DNA of 41,430 nt from a virus (Duplodnaviria > Caudoviricetes). The notes below the pieces were generated by a model. The model made no database searches. It worked only from the letters and a program-made list of their open reading frames with translations, and was not told where the DNA came from. Positions within the stretch are counted from its first letter, which is position 1; every line of letters begins with the position of its first letter. Of the stretch, positions 27,055 through 36,425 are shown one piece after another. A program made the position numbers and the translations under genes. The stretch covers positions 1 through 41,430 of IMG/VR virus record IMGVR_UViG_3300044296_000258. One strand, given 5' to 3'.

Positions 27055-29120
27055 TAAATTGAAACTTCAACAAGTTCTGTGCTTATTGCAAATGGATCAG
27101 TTGTATCAATTGATATAATTGTATTTCGTGAAGAATCAACAATACCTTTTTCAGATTCAATTGTTAATCTAATCATAGCATCTGTTGTTGATAATGTAAC
27201 AACACGAAGGTCATTTATTTGAATCAAACCTGTATCATAATTTATTGTACCCAAATTATTGTTTATTGTTTGTCTTTGAGCATTTGTATCGTAATAAACA
27301 AGACGTAATGTTCCTTTTTTGCCATCAAGAACAGCAACAGCAGCACCACCATACCCATCACCACCACTAATTGTAATAACGGCTCTTGTGTAATTAATAC
27401 CACGATTTACAACATTAATACTTTGTATTCTTCCATTTAAAATAACAGCTTCGGCAGTTGCACCTGTTCCATCACCTGTAATTGTTACTGTTGGTGCTGT
27501 AATATATCCTGTACCTGGATCAAGAACAGTTATTGAAGAAACACCAGTAAATGATTCGGGTGTTTCTTCAATTTGTGCATTTTGTATTGTACCTGTGATA
27601 TCATATGCACCAAACTGATTTGAAACTAATTTATTATTTGTTGTACCGCGATGAATTGGTACAGAAAAATCAATAGTATAATTTGCTGAAATACCAATTT
27701 GTGGTTCAAAACGTTTTTGTAATCTTAATGTAACTTCTGAACCTTTAATAGCATTTGTATCAATAGTATCAATACTATCTTGTAGTTTTGAAAGAACAAA
27801 TGATGAAGAAAATTTATTCAAATAAGTTGTATTGTATGAAACAACAACATCTTTTATTGCGGTTTTTAACTGTTCCGATGTTAAGGTAGTTTTCTTGGGA
27901 TCATATTCAACATAGTTTTCAACGAGAAGATATAGATATTTTGGATCACGAATTGTTACTGAAGTTGAAACAATTGCTTTTGGTTTTATGATTTCATCAA
28001 TAATTCTTTGTTTTTCTGTTTCTGAAATATAATAACCTGATTTTGGTTTCAATGCAATAAACACTTTACCATAGACTGGTGGTGTTTCTTCTTCGCCACC
28101 CCAAACAGATAGAGAATCAACACTTGGATAATTTTTTAGAAGATATGATTCATAATCTTTATAGGTTACTAATCTATTTTGAGTTGAGAATTGTGATGCT
28201 GCTGAGAATTTGATTGTATCAATCGTTTCTCTATCAGCGCCGCCGGCCGCTGCTGAAACTGATGCAACTTGTAAATTTGTAATTGCTTCACTATTACTAT
28301 CTGTTACAGAACCTGATATAAAAACAAAACTATTTGCTTTGTTTGCTGTAGTACCATTAGTTACAACATAATTAACTCTAACTAATGCACCATCAGGTAA
28401 AGATTTTCCAACAGCATCATTTCCAAAATAAATTTGGAATTGACCATTTCTACCTTCTTGTAGAAAATATACTTCAGATGTACCTGTTACATCTAATACA
28501 TCTGATACTAAATTATAAGTCGATATTGATGTATTCGATGGTGATGAAGCCACTTGAACTTTTAATGTTGTTGTATCAATATTGTTATCAGGTAAAGTAA
28601 ATATACTTTTTGGATTTGTTTGTTGATTATAATTGAAATTATAGGTAACATATTGACCTTCATATATTTCTAAATTTTCAAAATAATAAGATGTATTTGA
28701 TTTTGTAACTGTTGTATCATTTACGACAACAAAGTTATATGCTTTTCCATCAATTTGATTTGATAAAAATGAACTACCTGCTTGTAAAGTTAATGAACCT
28801 GATGTATTTGATGAAGAACTTGCAGTAAAATCTATTGTTGCAACAGGACATTTTACTGAATAAGGAAGATATCCTAATGTTTTAGCTAAAGATACAACTG
28901 AATCTCTTAATATTGCGGTATCTAAAAATGATTCATTTGCAACCATATTCAAATAATATGCATTGTAATGAGTATTGTAAGCTAAAATATCTAACAGAAC
29001 TGAAAGACCTGAACCTTCAAAGTCATAATCGGTAAATTCTGTTTGTTGATTTAAAAAGTTTTTTAGATTTTGTTTAATTGTATCAAAATCTAATTCAGTT
29101 ATTCTTAAACGATCTGCCAT
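27054..29120 (-). CDS. gp6: Baseplate wedge subunit
   Basis: ELDFDTIKQNLKNFL...FTDYDFEGSGLSVLLDILAYNTHY, QNRLVTYKDY, VWGGEE..PPVYGKVFI. Confidence 0.95.
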   Translation of the reverse strand: MADRLRITELDFDTIKQNLKNFLNQQTEFTDYDFEGSGLSVLLDILAYNTHYNAYYLNMVANESFLDTAILRDSVVSLAKTLGYLPYSVKCPVATIDFTASSSSNTSGSLTLQAGSSFLSNQIDGKAYNFVVVNDTTVTKSNTSYYFENLEIYEGQYVTYNFNYNQQTNPKSIFTLPDNNIDTTTLKVQVASSPSNTSISTYNLVSDVLDVTGTSEVYFLQEGRNGQFQIYFGNDAVGKSLPDGALVRVNYVVTNGTTANKANSFVFISGSVTDSNSEAITNLQVASVSAAAGGADRETIDTIKFSAASQFSTQNRLVTYKDYESYLLKNYPSVDSLSVWGGEEETPPVYGKVFIALKPKSGYYISETEKQRIIDEIIKPKAIVSTSVTIRDPKYLYLLVENYVEYDPKKTTLTSEQLKTAIKDVVVSYNTTYLNKFSSSFVLSKLQDSIDTIDTNAIKGSEVTLRLQKRFEPQIGISANYTIDFSVPIHRGTTNNKLVSNQFGAYDITGTIQNAQIEETPESFTGVSSITVLDPGTGYITAPTVTITGDGTGATAEAVILNGRIQSINVVNRGINYTRAVITISGGDGYGGAAVAVLDGKKGTLRLVYYDTNAQRQTINNNLGTINYDTGLIQINDLRVVTLSTTDAMIRLTIESEKGIVDSSRNTIISIDTTDPFAISTELVEVSI

Positions 29121-29122
29121 TT

Positions 29123-29527
29123 TTATCTAATTCTCTCTAAAAAGAACGTTATTGTAAGAGGATTTGTTAGATTTATTATGAAAAATTCTAATGTAACATT
29201 GTATCCATTACGATCTGGATCAGGATTCAATTTGATTTTTGATATTGAAACGCGAGGTTCATAGTTCTCAATCGTTTCTCTTAATGCATCTTGTAGTTGT
29301 GCAGATACAATTACATCATAATTTTCAAACAATAAACGTCTAACATTACTTCCTATTTCTGGTCTAAAAGGTCTTTCATAAAAATTTGTCAAAACAAGAT
29401 TTTTGACCGAATTTATTATTGCATATTCATTCGTAAGAATGTTTATATCTTTACGAATTGGATGTGCAATAAAACTCAAATCCAAATCTCTAAATTTTCT
29501 TACTGTTGGTATAGTTACTGTAGCCAT
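29123..29527 (-). CDS. gp25: Baseplate wedge subunit
   Basis: DLDLSF..HP...D, SVKNLVLTNFYERPF.PEIGS, IENYEPRV. Confidence 0.95.
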   Translation of the reverse strand: MATVTIPTVRKFRDLDLSFIAHPIRKDINILTNEYAIINSVKNLVLTNFYERPFRPEIGSNVRRLLFENYDVIVSAQLQDALRETIENYEPRVSISKIKLNPDPDRNGYNVTLEFFIINLTNPLTITFFLERIR

Positions 29528-29531
29528 TATC

Positions 29532-29538
29532 TATTTAT
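29532..29538 (-). promoter_or_regulatory. T4-type late promoter (ATAAATA)
   Basis: TATTTAT in the 12-nt gap before gp25. Confidence 0.5.
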
Positions 29539-29539
29539 C

Positions 29540-29833
29540 TCAATCACCAACAAAAACATTAGAAGAACCACTTGCTGTTGCCGGCGCACAATGTGGTCCA
29601 CCAGGAATAGGACATAATCCATCGGGTGCAGCATTATCTGGACTATGATTTACAACCATTTTGCCTCCAATATATACGTTTTTACATGCCGCAATTAAAT
29701 TACCTCCACCGTGACTATTAGGATCACCATTAACAGCAACCAAAAGACTATTCGCATATACTGTAGATTGTCCAACAACAATAGTTGATGCACCACATAT
29801 TCTTGAATCAGTATTTCTATGTATTTGTGCCAT
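29540..29833 (-). CDS. gp5.4: PAAR-like spike tip protein
   Basis: HRNTDSRICGA, GDPNSHG, ASGSSNVFVG with Cys/His metal ligands; follows gp5. Confidence 0.85.
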   Translation of the reverse strand: MAQIHRNTDSRICGASTIVVGQSTVYANSLLVAVNGDPNSHGGGNLIAACKNVYIGGKMVVNHSPDNAAPDGLCPIPGGPHCAPATASGSSNVFVGD

Positions 29834-30675
29834 TATGGGTTCAAATCTATTTTTGGTGCAATAAATGTCATTGTTCCACCTGATTGAACGGTATATGTTC
29901 CTCCAACCTGCATATTTACATTACCATCAACATATACAGTTACATCACCTTTAACATAAACTTCTTCGTTTCCAACAACAACAGTAAACTTATCTTTCTG
30001 TATTCTTTCCGCTCTATCACCTGCCGGACCCCATTCAACATATGAACCTGAACGATGATATAGATGAACTCTTTCATTATCTTTTGTATCATCAAATTCC
30101 AAAGCATGACCTGATTCAGATTCATAAACATTATTGTATGGATATTTTGCATTATAATAAGGATCAGGTTCAACTTTAGTTTCTTTTTTTGCTTTTTTCA
30201 TTGAAACGATTGAATCTGAAATACTTTCGTTTCTGGCAAGTCTTGATGTGGTAGGTTCATCTAATTTTCTTGGATATCCAGTAGCAGTTTCGTTGGGTTT
30301 AACTGGTGCTGCTGCAAGTTCTGTATTTGATCTTGGATCATTAAATGCTTGTTGTGCATTTACTGCTTCTAAAGGTATTGATGGCACAATACCAAGAATC
30401 ATAGGTTGTTGTGCATTTTCACCATCAACGAAAAAACCAAAAACCATATCACCTTCTTTTACTGCGTATGGGTTTGGATTATTTGTTGGAAATACTGATA
30501 TTGCCCAAGGTAAACCGTTTGTAGGTAATTGCATTTTGTTATCTGAATGCCATCCAACGCAACGAACGCGGCAACGACCCAATTTTAATGGGTCTTGTCT
30601 ATCTTCAACAACACCAAACCACCATATAAAACCATTTTTACCCGCAAAATCTTTTCTTTCTTCAAATTTTTCCAT
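29833..30675 (-). CDS. gp5: Baseplate central spike, short form without lysozyme domain
   Basis: WWFGVVEDRQDPLKLGRCRVR OB-fold, YPYNNVYESESGH..EFDDT...ER..LYHRSG, VxG beta-helix repeats. Confidence 0.9.
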   Translation of the reverse strand: MEKFEERKDFAGKNGFIWWFGVVEDRQDPLKLGRCRVRCVGWHSDNKMQLPTNGLPWAISVFPTNNPNPYAVKEGDMVFGFFVDGENAQQPMILGIVPSIPLEAVNAQQAFNDPRSNTELAAAPVKPNETATGYPRKLDEPTTSRLARNESISDSIVSMKKAKKETKVEPDPYYNAKYPYNNVYESESGHALEFDDTKDNERVHLYHRSGSYVEWGPAGDRAERIQKDKFTVVVGNEEVYVKGDVTVYVDGNVNMQVGGTYTVQSGGTMTFIAPKIDLNP

Positions 30676-30677
30676 TA

Positions 30678-32030
30678 TTAATAATCCTCAATTTCTTGAA
30701 CTTGTTGATTATTATTTGATGCAATAAAATCAAAATCATTCGAAGTTGTTGCGGTTTCTATAATAGTTTCAAATTTTTCAAGTCCAATTACATGTCTTGA
30801 TGCTATTATTAGATATTTTCCTGTAATTGAAATATCTTTATTTGAAACATCTGAACTTTTAGCACCAAGATATGGAACATCAACATCAACATTAAATCCA
30901 GAGGAAAGAAAGAAATTACCTGGCATAACAACTTTTAATCTTTTTGATAATAGATTTTCTATAATAGATTTTCTCTGAAAAAGAAAGTCATTTTGATTTT
31001 CATCTGTTGTTAGTGAAAATGGTTCATGTGATTGTATATATTTGCTGTTTTTTCTTGCTGTTGTAAATAAACTAACTGTTTTTCTTGAATTATAATTATT
31101 TAAATTTGTTGAACCATCTCTATTTTCAATAATACTATAATTTGGTTTTGCATTGGGATTTCTTGTTTTTTCATACCAATCATTATATGATATATTTGTT
31201 TCTTGTATTTTTTTAGTAATCGGATCAAAACCTACAAATTTACCTGCATTTACACCCGATTTAGTTCTTTGTAGAAAATCTGTTTGTGTAATTACTTCAA
31301 AACTTCTTGCACCTTCCATTTCTTGACCGGGAGTTTCACCTTTAATATTTTTTGTTTCATATTTCACTTTTGAAACTGCTTCTTTTGTTATCATATCGGA
31401 TAAAGAAGCAAAGTTAAAACCTTTATAATTTTCAAAGAAAAGAAAATCTGGTGCTTGTAAATTATCAACCGCACGTTTACAACACCATTGAATTGCTTCA
31501 ATTGGTTTTAAATTAGGTATTACAACATTTTTTAAACCAAATGATTTTGTATAAAAACCATTTCCAGTAAGTTGTTCTTTCCAAATAGGCATTCTATTTT
31601 CTGAAGTCAACAAATAATTTCTTAGTATATTCATTGCTATTTCAGAATAGGTATTCTGATAATGTTGATTAACTCTTTGTTGTTCAGAAAATAAAAATTC
31701 ATCAGAAACAAAATGAAGAATATATTGTTCTGATTGCGGTGTTATATTTGACCTATTTGTTTGTTTATAAATTTTAAATGATTTTTTAAAAGAATTATCA
31801 TCTGTCAAATCACTTTTTTTAATATGCATCAATAAACCTTCTGAACCATCAAATAATAACAAACCAGACAATCCAATAGCATCTGTCATCAATATTTGAC
31901 CACTAATTACAGGAAAAAGAATTGTATCAAAGATATTAATTTCTTCAAATAAATTAATTATATCAACTTCAGTTCCATTTTTTGTTATAATTTTTAATTC
32001 TTTTATAACATATTGCGTAGATTCAGCCAT
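30678..32030 (-). CDS. Baseplate hub protein (gp27-like)
   Basis: Position between gp53 and gp5; FLFFENYKGFNF, VVMPGNF.LSSG, TGKYLIIASRH. Confidence 0.65.
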   Translation of the reverse strand: MAESTQYVIKELKIITKNGTEVDIINLFEEINIFDTILFPVISGQILMTDAIGLSGLLLFDGSEGLLMHIKKSDLTDDNSFKKSFKIYKQTNRSNITPQSEQYILHFVSDEFLFSEQQRVNQHYQNTYSEIAMNILRNYLLTSENRMPIWKEQLTGNGFYTKSFGLKNVVIPNLKPIEAIQWCCKRAVDNLQAPDFLFFENYKGFNFASLSDMITKEAVSKVKYETKNIKGETPGQEMEGARSFEVITQTDFLQRTKSGVNAGKFVGFDPITKKIQETNISYNDWYEKTRNPNAKPNYSIIENRDGSTNLNNYNSRKTVSLFTTARKNSKYIQSHEPFSLTTDENQNDFLFQRKSIIENLLSKRLKVVMPGNFFLSSGFNVDVDVPYLGAKSSDVSNKDISITGKYLIIASRHVIGLEKFETIIETATTSNDFDFIASNNNQQVQEIEDY

Positions 32031-32682
32031 TTATAACTCTCAAAAATTCTTTTTCAACAGAATCAACAAAATCTTTTTTTAACAATTTTATTTTTCTTTT
32101 ACTTTCATTTAAATCATTTTCATATTCATAATATGTTTTTGTATCTTTTGTTGTTGTAATTGTTATTGATTCATTATTTGCTGTTGTTACATTTACAGTA
32201 CCAGTTACAACATTTGATGTATATGTATTAGCATCAACTTCTAATTCTTCAACAATTGAACTACCAAGTGGATTTGAACGTGTTACAATTTTATAATAAG
32301 AATGAATATGATTCTCATTCATTGCCCATGAAAGACCACTTACACTTGTATTTGCTGTATCTGCATATTGACTTATTGAATATTTTTTATCTACAAATGA
32401 GTTAAAGTTTTGATAGTTTAATGGCCAATCATATTGTGGATCAAATATATCATTGAACATTAATATAATCCAATGTCTTTCTGCTTTACCGTAAAATTTA
32501 TATGCAATTATTTCTGGTGTATCGCCTTCTTGAACATTATATTCATAAAATACAACAGAATTTTCTTTTAGCTTATTTTCAAAAGCATAACGGGAAATTA
32601 TGTTTGTAACATAATCTTTTATGTTTGAATTGGTTGCTAAATTGTAGTTTGTTTTTGGAAAGTAATTAAAATATCTTGACAT
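32023..32682 (-). CDS. gp53: Baseplate wedge subunit
   Basis: YFNYFP, EGDTPEIIAYKFYG....HWIILMFN...DPQYDWP, YEYE..LNESKRKIKLLK. Confidence 0.9.
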   Translation of the reverse strand: MSRYFNYFPKTNYNLATNSNIKDYVTNIISRYAFENKLKENSVVFYEYNVQEGDTPEIIAYKFYGKAERHWIILMFNDIFDPQYDWPLNYQNFNSFVDKKYSISQYADTANTSVSGLSWAMNENHIHSYYKIVTRSNPLGSSIVEELEVDANTYTSNVVTGTVNVTTANNESITITTTKDTKTYYEYENDLNESKRKIKLLKKDFVDSVEKEFLRVING

Positions 32683-32684
32683 TT

Positions 32685-33695
32685 TTATACTGAAGCTGGA
32701 TAATCGTAGTTTTGAACATAATCTGATTTTGTTAAGAATGTAACTTCTTTGAATTGTAATGTTAATTGAATTGCAACTGGCATACCGGTTCTACCTAATG
32801 ACGGACTCAATTGTCCTTGAATTTCATATGCACTAAAACCATTGGGTGCATAATTTATATTGATACCTTCTAAAATACAAGTTGCTATCTTTGGAATATT
32901 AGGATTTTCATTTCCATTGTAATAAAATTTAATATCAAATTCTGAAGGTGGCACTAAAAATCCATATTCCATACTTCCTGTAGTTGATTTAGAAACTTCA
33001 GGTGCTTGATGAAAACGTAATCTTTCAAGTATCTTTTGAACCTCAAGTGCTTCTTTTTCATCTCTTGGATAAAATAAAAAATCAAATTGAAATGATCTAA
33101 AATTTGGTGAGCGATACATCATTTCAAGCATTGGATTTTTTACTGTACCAGTAAGTCCATAAAATGCCGCCGGTGTTACTCCACCACCAACTTTTCTTTC
33201 GGCTAATGTTAAAGCGCCACTTTTAACCAGACTTGAGAAAAAAGTTGCTAATCCACTACCAATTTTAGCATCAATTCCAGATTGGCCGGCAGCAGCAGCT
33301 TGTCCTGTAAGTGTATCTGATAAAGAAACATCAGAGTATGTTTGATTATACTGATATAACAAAGTATCCGGCATATATAACGCAATAATATCACTTGTCA
33401 AAATTGTTTTTTTGAGATAATTACCAAATGTTCCACTTCTACTCATACCAATAGAGTTGTCATTTTGGACATTAGGATTTTTCTTTTTATCAACAAATGA
33501 TTCAGTGTCATATTCATAGCTTGATTTTTCTTGTTTTCTCGCATAAATCATCATATAGTGTCCTTTGTCATACTGACCTAAATCAATAGGATATTTGTAA
33601 GTATTATATTCAAAAGAACTCTTTGATAATTCTTTAAGTGGACCATTAGGTCCCTGTTGATTGAACGATATATCGGATAATCCAAATAGTGGCAT
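32685..33695 (-). CDS. gp48: Baseplate tail tube cap
   Basis: YPIDL, IALYMP, NPMLEMMYRSPNFRSFQFDFLFYPR..KEA, MPVAIQLTLQFKEV. Confidence 0.85.
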   Translation of the reverse strand: MPLFGLSDISFNQQGPNGPLKELSKSSFEYNTYKYPIDLGQYDKGHYMMIYARKQEKSSYEYDTESFVDKKKNPNVQNDNSIGMSRSGTFGNYLKKTILTSDIIALYMPDTLLYQYNQTYSDVSLSDTLTGQAAAAGQSGIDAKIGSGLATFFSSLVKSGALTLAERKVGGGVTPAAFYGLTGTVKNPMLEMMYRSPNFRSFQFDFLFYPRDEKEALEVQKILERLRFHQAPEVSKSTTGSMEYGFLVPPSEFDIKFYYNGNENPNIPKIATCILEGININYAPNGFSAYEIQGQLSPSLGRTGMPVAIQLTLQFKEVTFLTKSDYVQNYDYPASV

Positions 33696-33724
33696 TTTTG
33701 CGTTCCAAATGATTGACTAAGTAG

Positions 33725-33731
33725 TATTTAT
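33725..33731 (-). promoter_or_regulatory. T4-type late promoter (ATAAATA) for the baseplate operon
   Basis: TATTTAT overlapping the gp4 start codon, about 30 nt upstream of gp48. Confidence 0.55.
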
Positions 33732-34161
33732 GTCTTACAAAGGATGGTTTATACCCAAAAATCCCAGTAAATATAAGGGTAAAGTAAATCAAATTGTATA
33801 TAGATCAAACTGGGAACTTAGAGTAATGAAATGGTTAGATGAAAACATCAACGTTATTTGGTGGTCATCCGAAGAACTAATCATTCGTTACCGTTCATCT
33901 ATTGACCAAAGAATCCATCGCTATTTTCCAGATTTTGTTACAAAAATCAAAACCAAAGATGGAAAAGAAAAAGTTCTTGTTTTAGAAGTAAAACCATTCA
34001 AACAAACTCAAAAACCTATACAAAAAAGACGCACAAAACGCTATCTTGAAGAAGCTAAAACATATGTTGTTAATCAAGAAAAATGGAAAGCAGCCGATAT
34101 ATTTTGCCAAGAACATGGTTGGGAATTCAAAATTCTAACAGAAAAAGAATTAGGGATTTGA
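33730..34161 (+). CDS. gp4: Head completion nuclease
   Basis: YKG.F.PKNPSKYKG....IVYRSNWE, WSSEE..I.Y, HRYFPDF, EVKP..QT. Confidence 0.95.
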   Translation: MSYKGWFIPKNPSKYKGKVNQIVYRSNWELRVMKWLDENINVIWWSSEELIIRYRSSIDQRIHRYFPDFVTKIKTKDGKEKVLVLEVKPFKQTQKPIQKRRTKRYLEEAKTYVVNQEKWKAADIFCQEHGWEFKILTEKELGI

Positions 34162-34162
34162 G

Positions 34163-34169
34163 ATAAATA
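34163..34169 (+). promoter_or_regulatory. T4-type late promoter (ATAAATA)
   Basis: ATAAATA 4 nt before the gp2 ATG. Confidence 0.55.
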
Positions 34170-34173
34170 GAGT

Positions 34174-34755
34174 ATGGCAAAAAAACTAATAGATAGAATC
34201 AAAGAATCTCTTGCAAAAGATGGATTGACTCCACGAACCAATGCATCAAGACAATGGCTTCGCGCAAAAGTTAAAGATTTAAAACCAACACCTCAATCCA
34301 TGATGAATGATAGAGAACGTTTAAAACAAAAATCTTTTATTGGAAGAATGTATTTTTATTACTATGATCCAAAAACAAAAGATAGGTTACCATATTATGA
34401 TACATTTCCTTTGGTAATACCTATTGAAAGATATGATGATGGTTTTCTTGGTTTAAATCTACATTATATTCATACAAAACATAGGATCATTTTATTGGAT
34501 AAATTAAGTGATACATTGACGAATGACAAATATGATGAAAAAACAAGATTGAGAATTAGTTATCCACACTTACAGGCATCGTCAAGAATATTTGAAGCAA
34601 CACCATGTATCAAAAGATATCTATTTTCACACATTCAATCCAGATTTTTAGAGATATCTGCTGATGAGTGGGATATTGCTGTTATGTTGCCAGTTGAACA
34701 ATTTCAAAAAGCAAGTAAAACAAAAGTATTTTACGATTCAAGGAAACAATTCTAA
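34174..34755 (+). CDS. gp2: DNA end protector protein
   Basis: GRMYFYYYDPKTKDRLPYYDTFPLV, GLNLHY, PCIKRYLFSH. Confidence 0.95.
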   Translation: MAKKLIDRIKESLAKDGLTPRTNASRQWLRAKVKDLKPTPQSMMNDRERLKQKSFIGRMYFYYYDPKTKDRLPYYDTFPLVIPIERYDDGFLGLNLHYIHTKHRIILLDKLSDTLTNDKYDEKTRLRISYPHLQASSRIFEATPCIKRYLFSHIQSRFLEISADEWDIAVMLPVEQFQKASKTKVFYDSRKQF

Positions 34756-35486
34756 TGGCTTTTTCACCAAACAATTTTTTAGCAAATATACGTGGTAAAG
34801 ATGGATTAGCAAAACCATGTCGTTTTGAAGTTATATTACCTATACCAACAATTGTAAGTAAAAATATACCTAATTCTATAATTGAAAAAATATTAAATTT
34901 TCCAAATTCTGTTTTTAACGATGTAACTGATGCAATTACTAATGGTGTTGGTGGACTATTAAATTCAAGTTCATCATCATCACCAGTTTCACGTTACCTT
35001 TCATTACAATGTGAATCGGCAGAATTACCTGGTCGAACTTTACAAACTGCCGATGTTAAAATTTATGGACCAACATTTAAAGTTCCATATCAAAGTCAAT
35101 ATCAAGAAACCAACTTTACTTTTATATGCACTAATGATTTTTATGAAAGAAAATTGTTTGATCAATGGTTAGATGCTATTCATCCTTCAGATACTAACAA
35201 TTTAAGATTTCCAAGAGAATATATGGTAAAACCTACTATTATTCAATATGATGAATTTATAAAACAAATTTTTGCAGTTGAATTGATTGATGCTTTTCCT
35301 TTAGGTATAGGTTCACAGCCATTAAATTGGGCTGAAGAAAATTTTCATCGTTTAACTATTCAATTTGCTTATCAAAGATATAAACCAATTTATCAAGGTT
35401 CTTATAATCTTGCTGCTGCTGCGGGTGAACTATTTGGTTCTGCTGCATCAAGATTAATACCAATAGGATCAGCATTAACATTATAA
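34755..35486 (+). CDS. gp54: Baseplate tail tube initiator (tail-tube fold)
   Basis: GLAKPCRFEV, LQCESAELPG, ERKLFDQW, L.DAFP; synteny gp2-gp54-gp26. Confidence 0.7.
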   Translation: MAFSPNNFLANIRGKDGLAKPCRFEVILPIPTIVSKNIPNSIIEKILNFPNSVFNDVTDAITNGVGGLLNSSSSSSPVSRYLSLQCESAELPGRTLQTADVKIYGPTFKVPYQSQYQETNFTFICTNDFYERKLFDQWLDAIHPSDTNNLRFPREYMVKPTIIQYDEFIKQIFAVELIDAFPLGIGSQPLNWAEENFHRLTIQFAYQRYKPIYQGSYNLAAAAGELFGSAASRLIPIGSALTL

Positions 35487-35505
35487 TTTTTAAAATGAGG
35501 ATATT

Positions 35506-36240
35506 ATGCCATTACCAAAAATAGATGTGCCAACACATGAATTCAAAATGATTTCAGATAACAAATCTGTTCGTTTTCGTCCTTTTCTTGTCAAAGAACA
35601 AAAACTTCTTTTGATGGCGTCAGAATCACAAGATACAAAAGAAACTATTGCCGCAGTTAAACAAATAGTAAACAATTGTGTTATTGACGATATTGATGTA
35701 AATACAATACCAACTTTTGATTTAGAATATTTATTTCTTAATTTAAGAGCAAGGTCTGTTGGTGAAGTTGTAAACTTAAATTATAAATGCAACAATACAA
35801 TTGTAAACGATAAAAATGAAACAGTAACATGTAATTCAATTGAAAAATTTGATATCAATTTGTTGGAAATAAAACCAATATTAAATTCAGAACATAATAA
35901 AAAAATTGAATTAAATTCAAAGTTGGGTATTGTTATGAAGTATCCAACATTTGAAACATTAGCTAATCTCGAAAACAAATCAGAAACAGATAATCTAATT
36001 CAGTTATTAACAGAATGTATTGATTATATCTATGATGACACAAATATTTACAAATCAAAAGATAGCACAAAAGAAGAATTAATTGAATTTATTGAAAATC
36101 TACAACAAAAAGATATGGAAAAAATTCAATTATTCTTTGATACTGTGCCAAAATTAAAACATGATATTAACTTTAAATGTAAAAAATGTAATTATGAAGA
36201 AGTTGTTCCAGTAGAAGGTATTCAAAATTTTTTCATATAA
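35506..36240 (+). CDS. gp26: Baseplate hub assembly protein
   Basis: MPLPKIDVP, FRPFLVKEQKLLLMA, FDLEYLFLNLRARSVGE, two Cys pairs, EGIQNFF end. Confidence 0.9.
   Translation: MPLPKIDVPTHEFKMISDNKSVRFRPFLVKEQKLLLMASESQDTKETIAAVKQIVNNCVIDDIDVNTIPTFDLEYLFLNLRARSVGEVVNLNYKCNNTIVNDKNETVTCNSIEKFDINLLEIKPILNSEHNKKIELNSKLGIVMKYPTFETLANLENKSETDNLIQLLTECIDYIYDDTNIYKSKDSTKEELIEFIENLQQKDMEKIQLFFDTVPKLKHDINFKCKKCNYEEVVPVEGIQNFFI
36228..36234 (+). other. Candidate -1 ribosomal frameshift site T TTT TTC
   Basis: X XXY YYZ heptamer in the gp26 frame just before its stop; the -1 frame is open into gp51. Confidence 0.6.
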
Positions 36241-36290
36241 CTCTTTCTCATGAAAATTTAGGTAACTATTATCGGTCAAACTTTTCACTT

Positions 36291-36422
36291 ATGCAATTTC
36301 ACAAGTATAGTTTGACTGAATTGGAAAATATGTTACCTTGGGAAAGAGTGATTTATATTGATATGTTGATGCGGCATTTAGAAGAAGAAGCAGAAAAATT
36401 AAAACAATTAAAAAAGAGATAA
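36291..36422 (+). CDS. gp51: Baseplate hub assembly catalyst (gp51-like); frame extends upstream to the slippery site
   Basis: Not in ORF track. MQFHKYSLTELENMLPWERVIYIDML..., preceded in frame by LSHENLGNYYRSNFSL. Confidence 0.8.
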   Translation: MQFHKYSLTELENMLPWERVIYIDMLMRHLEEEAEKLKQLKKR

Positions 36423-36425
36423 GAT

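Noticed and set aside
33730-34161. TnsA-like transposase
   Set aside because: Same nuclease fold, but motifs and synteny with gp2 and gp48 identify T4 gp4.
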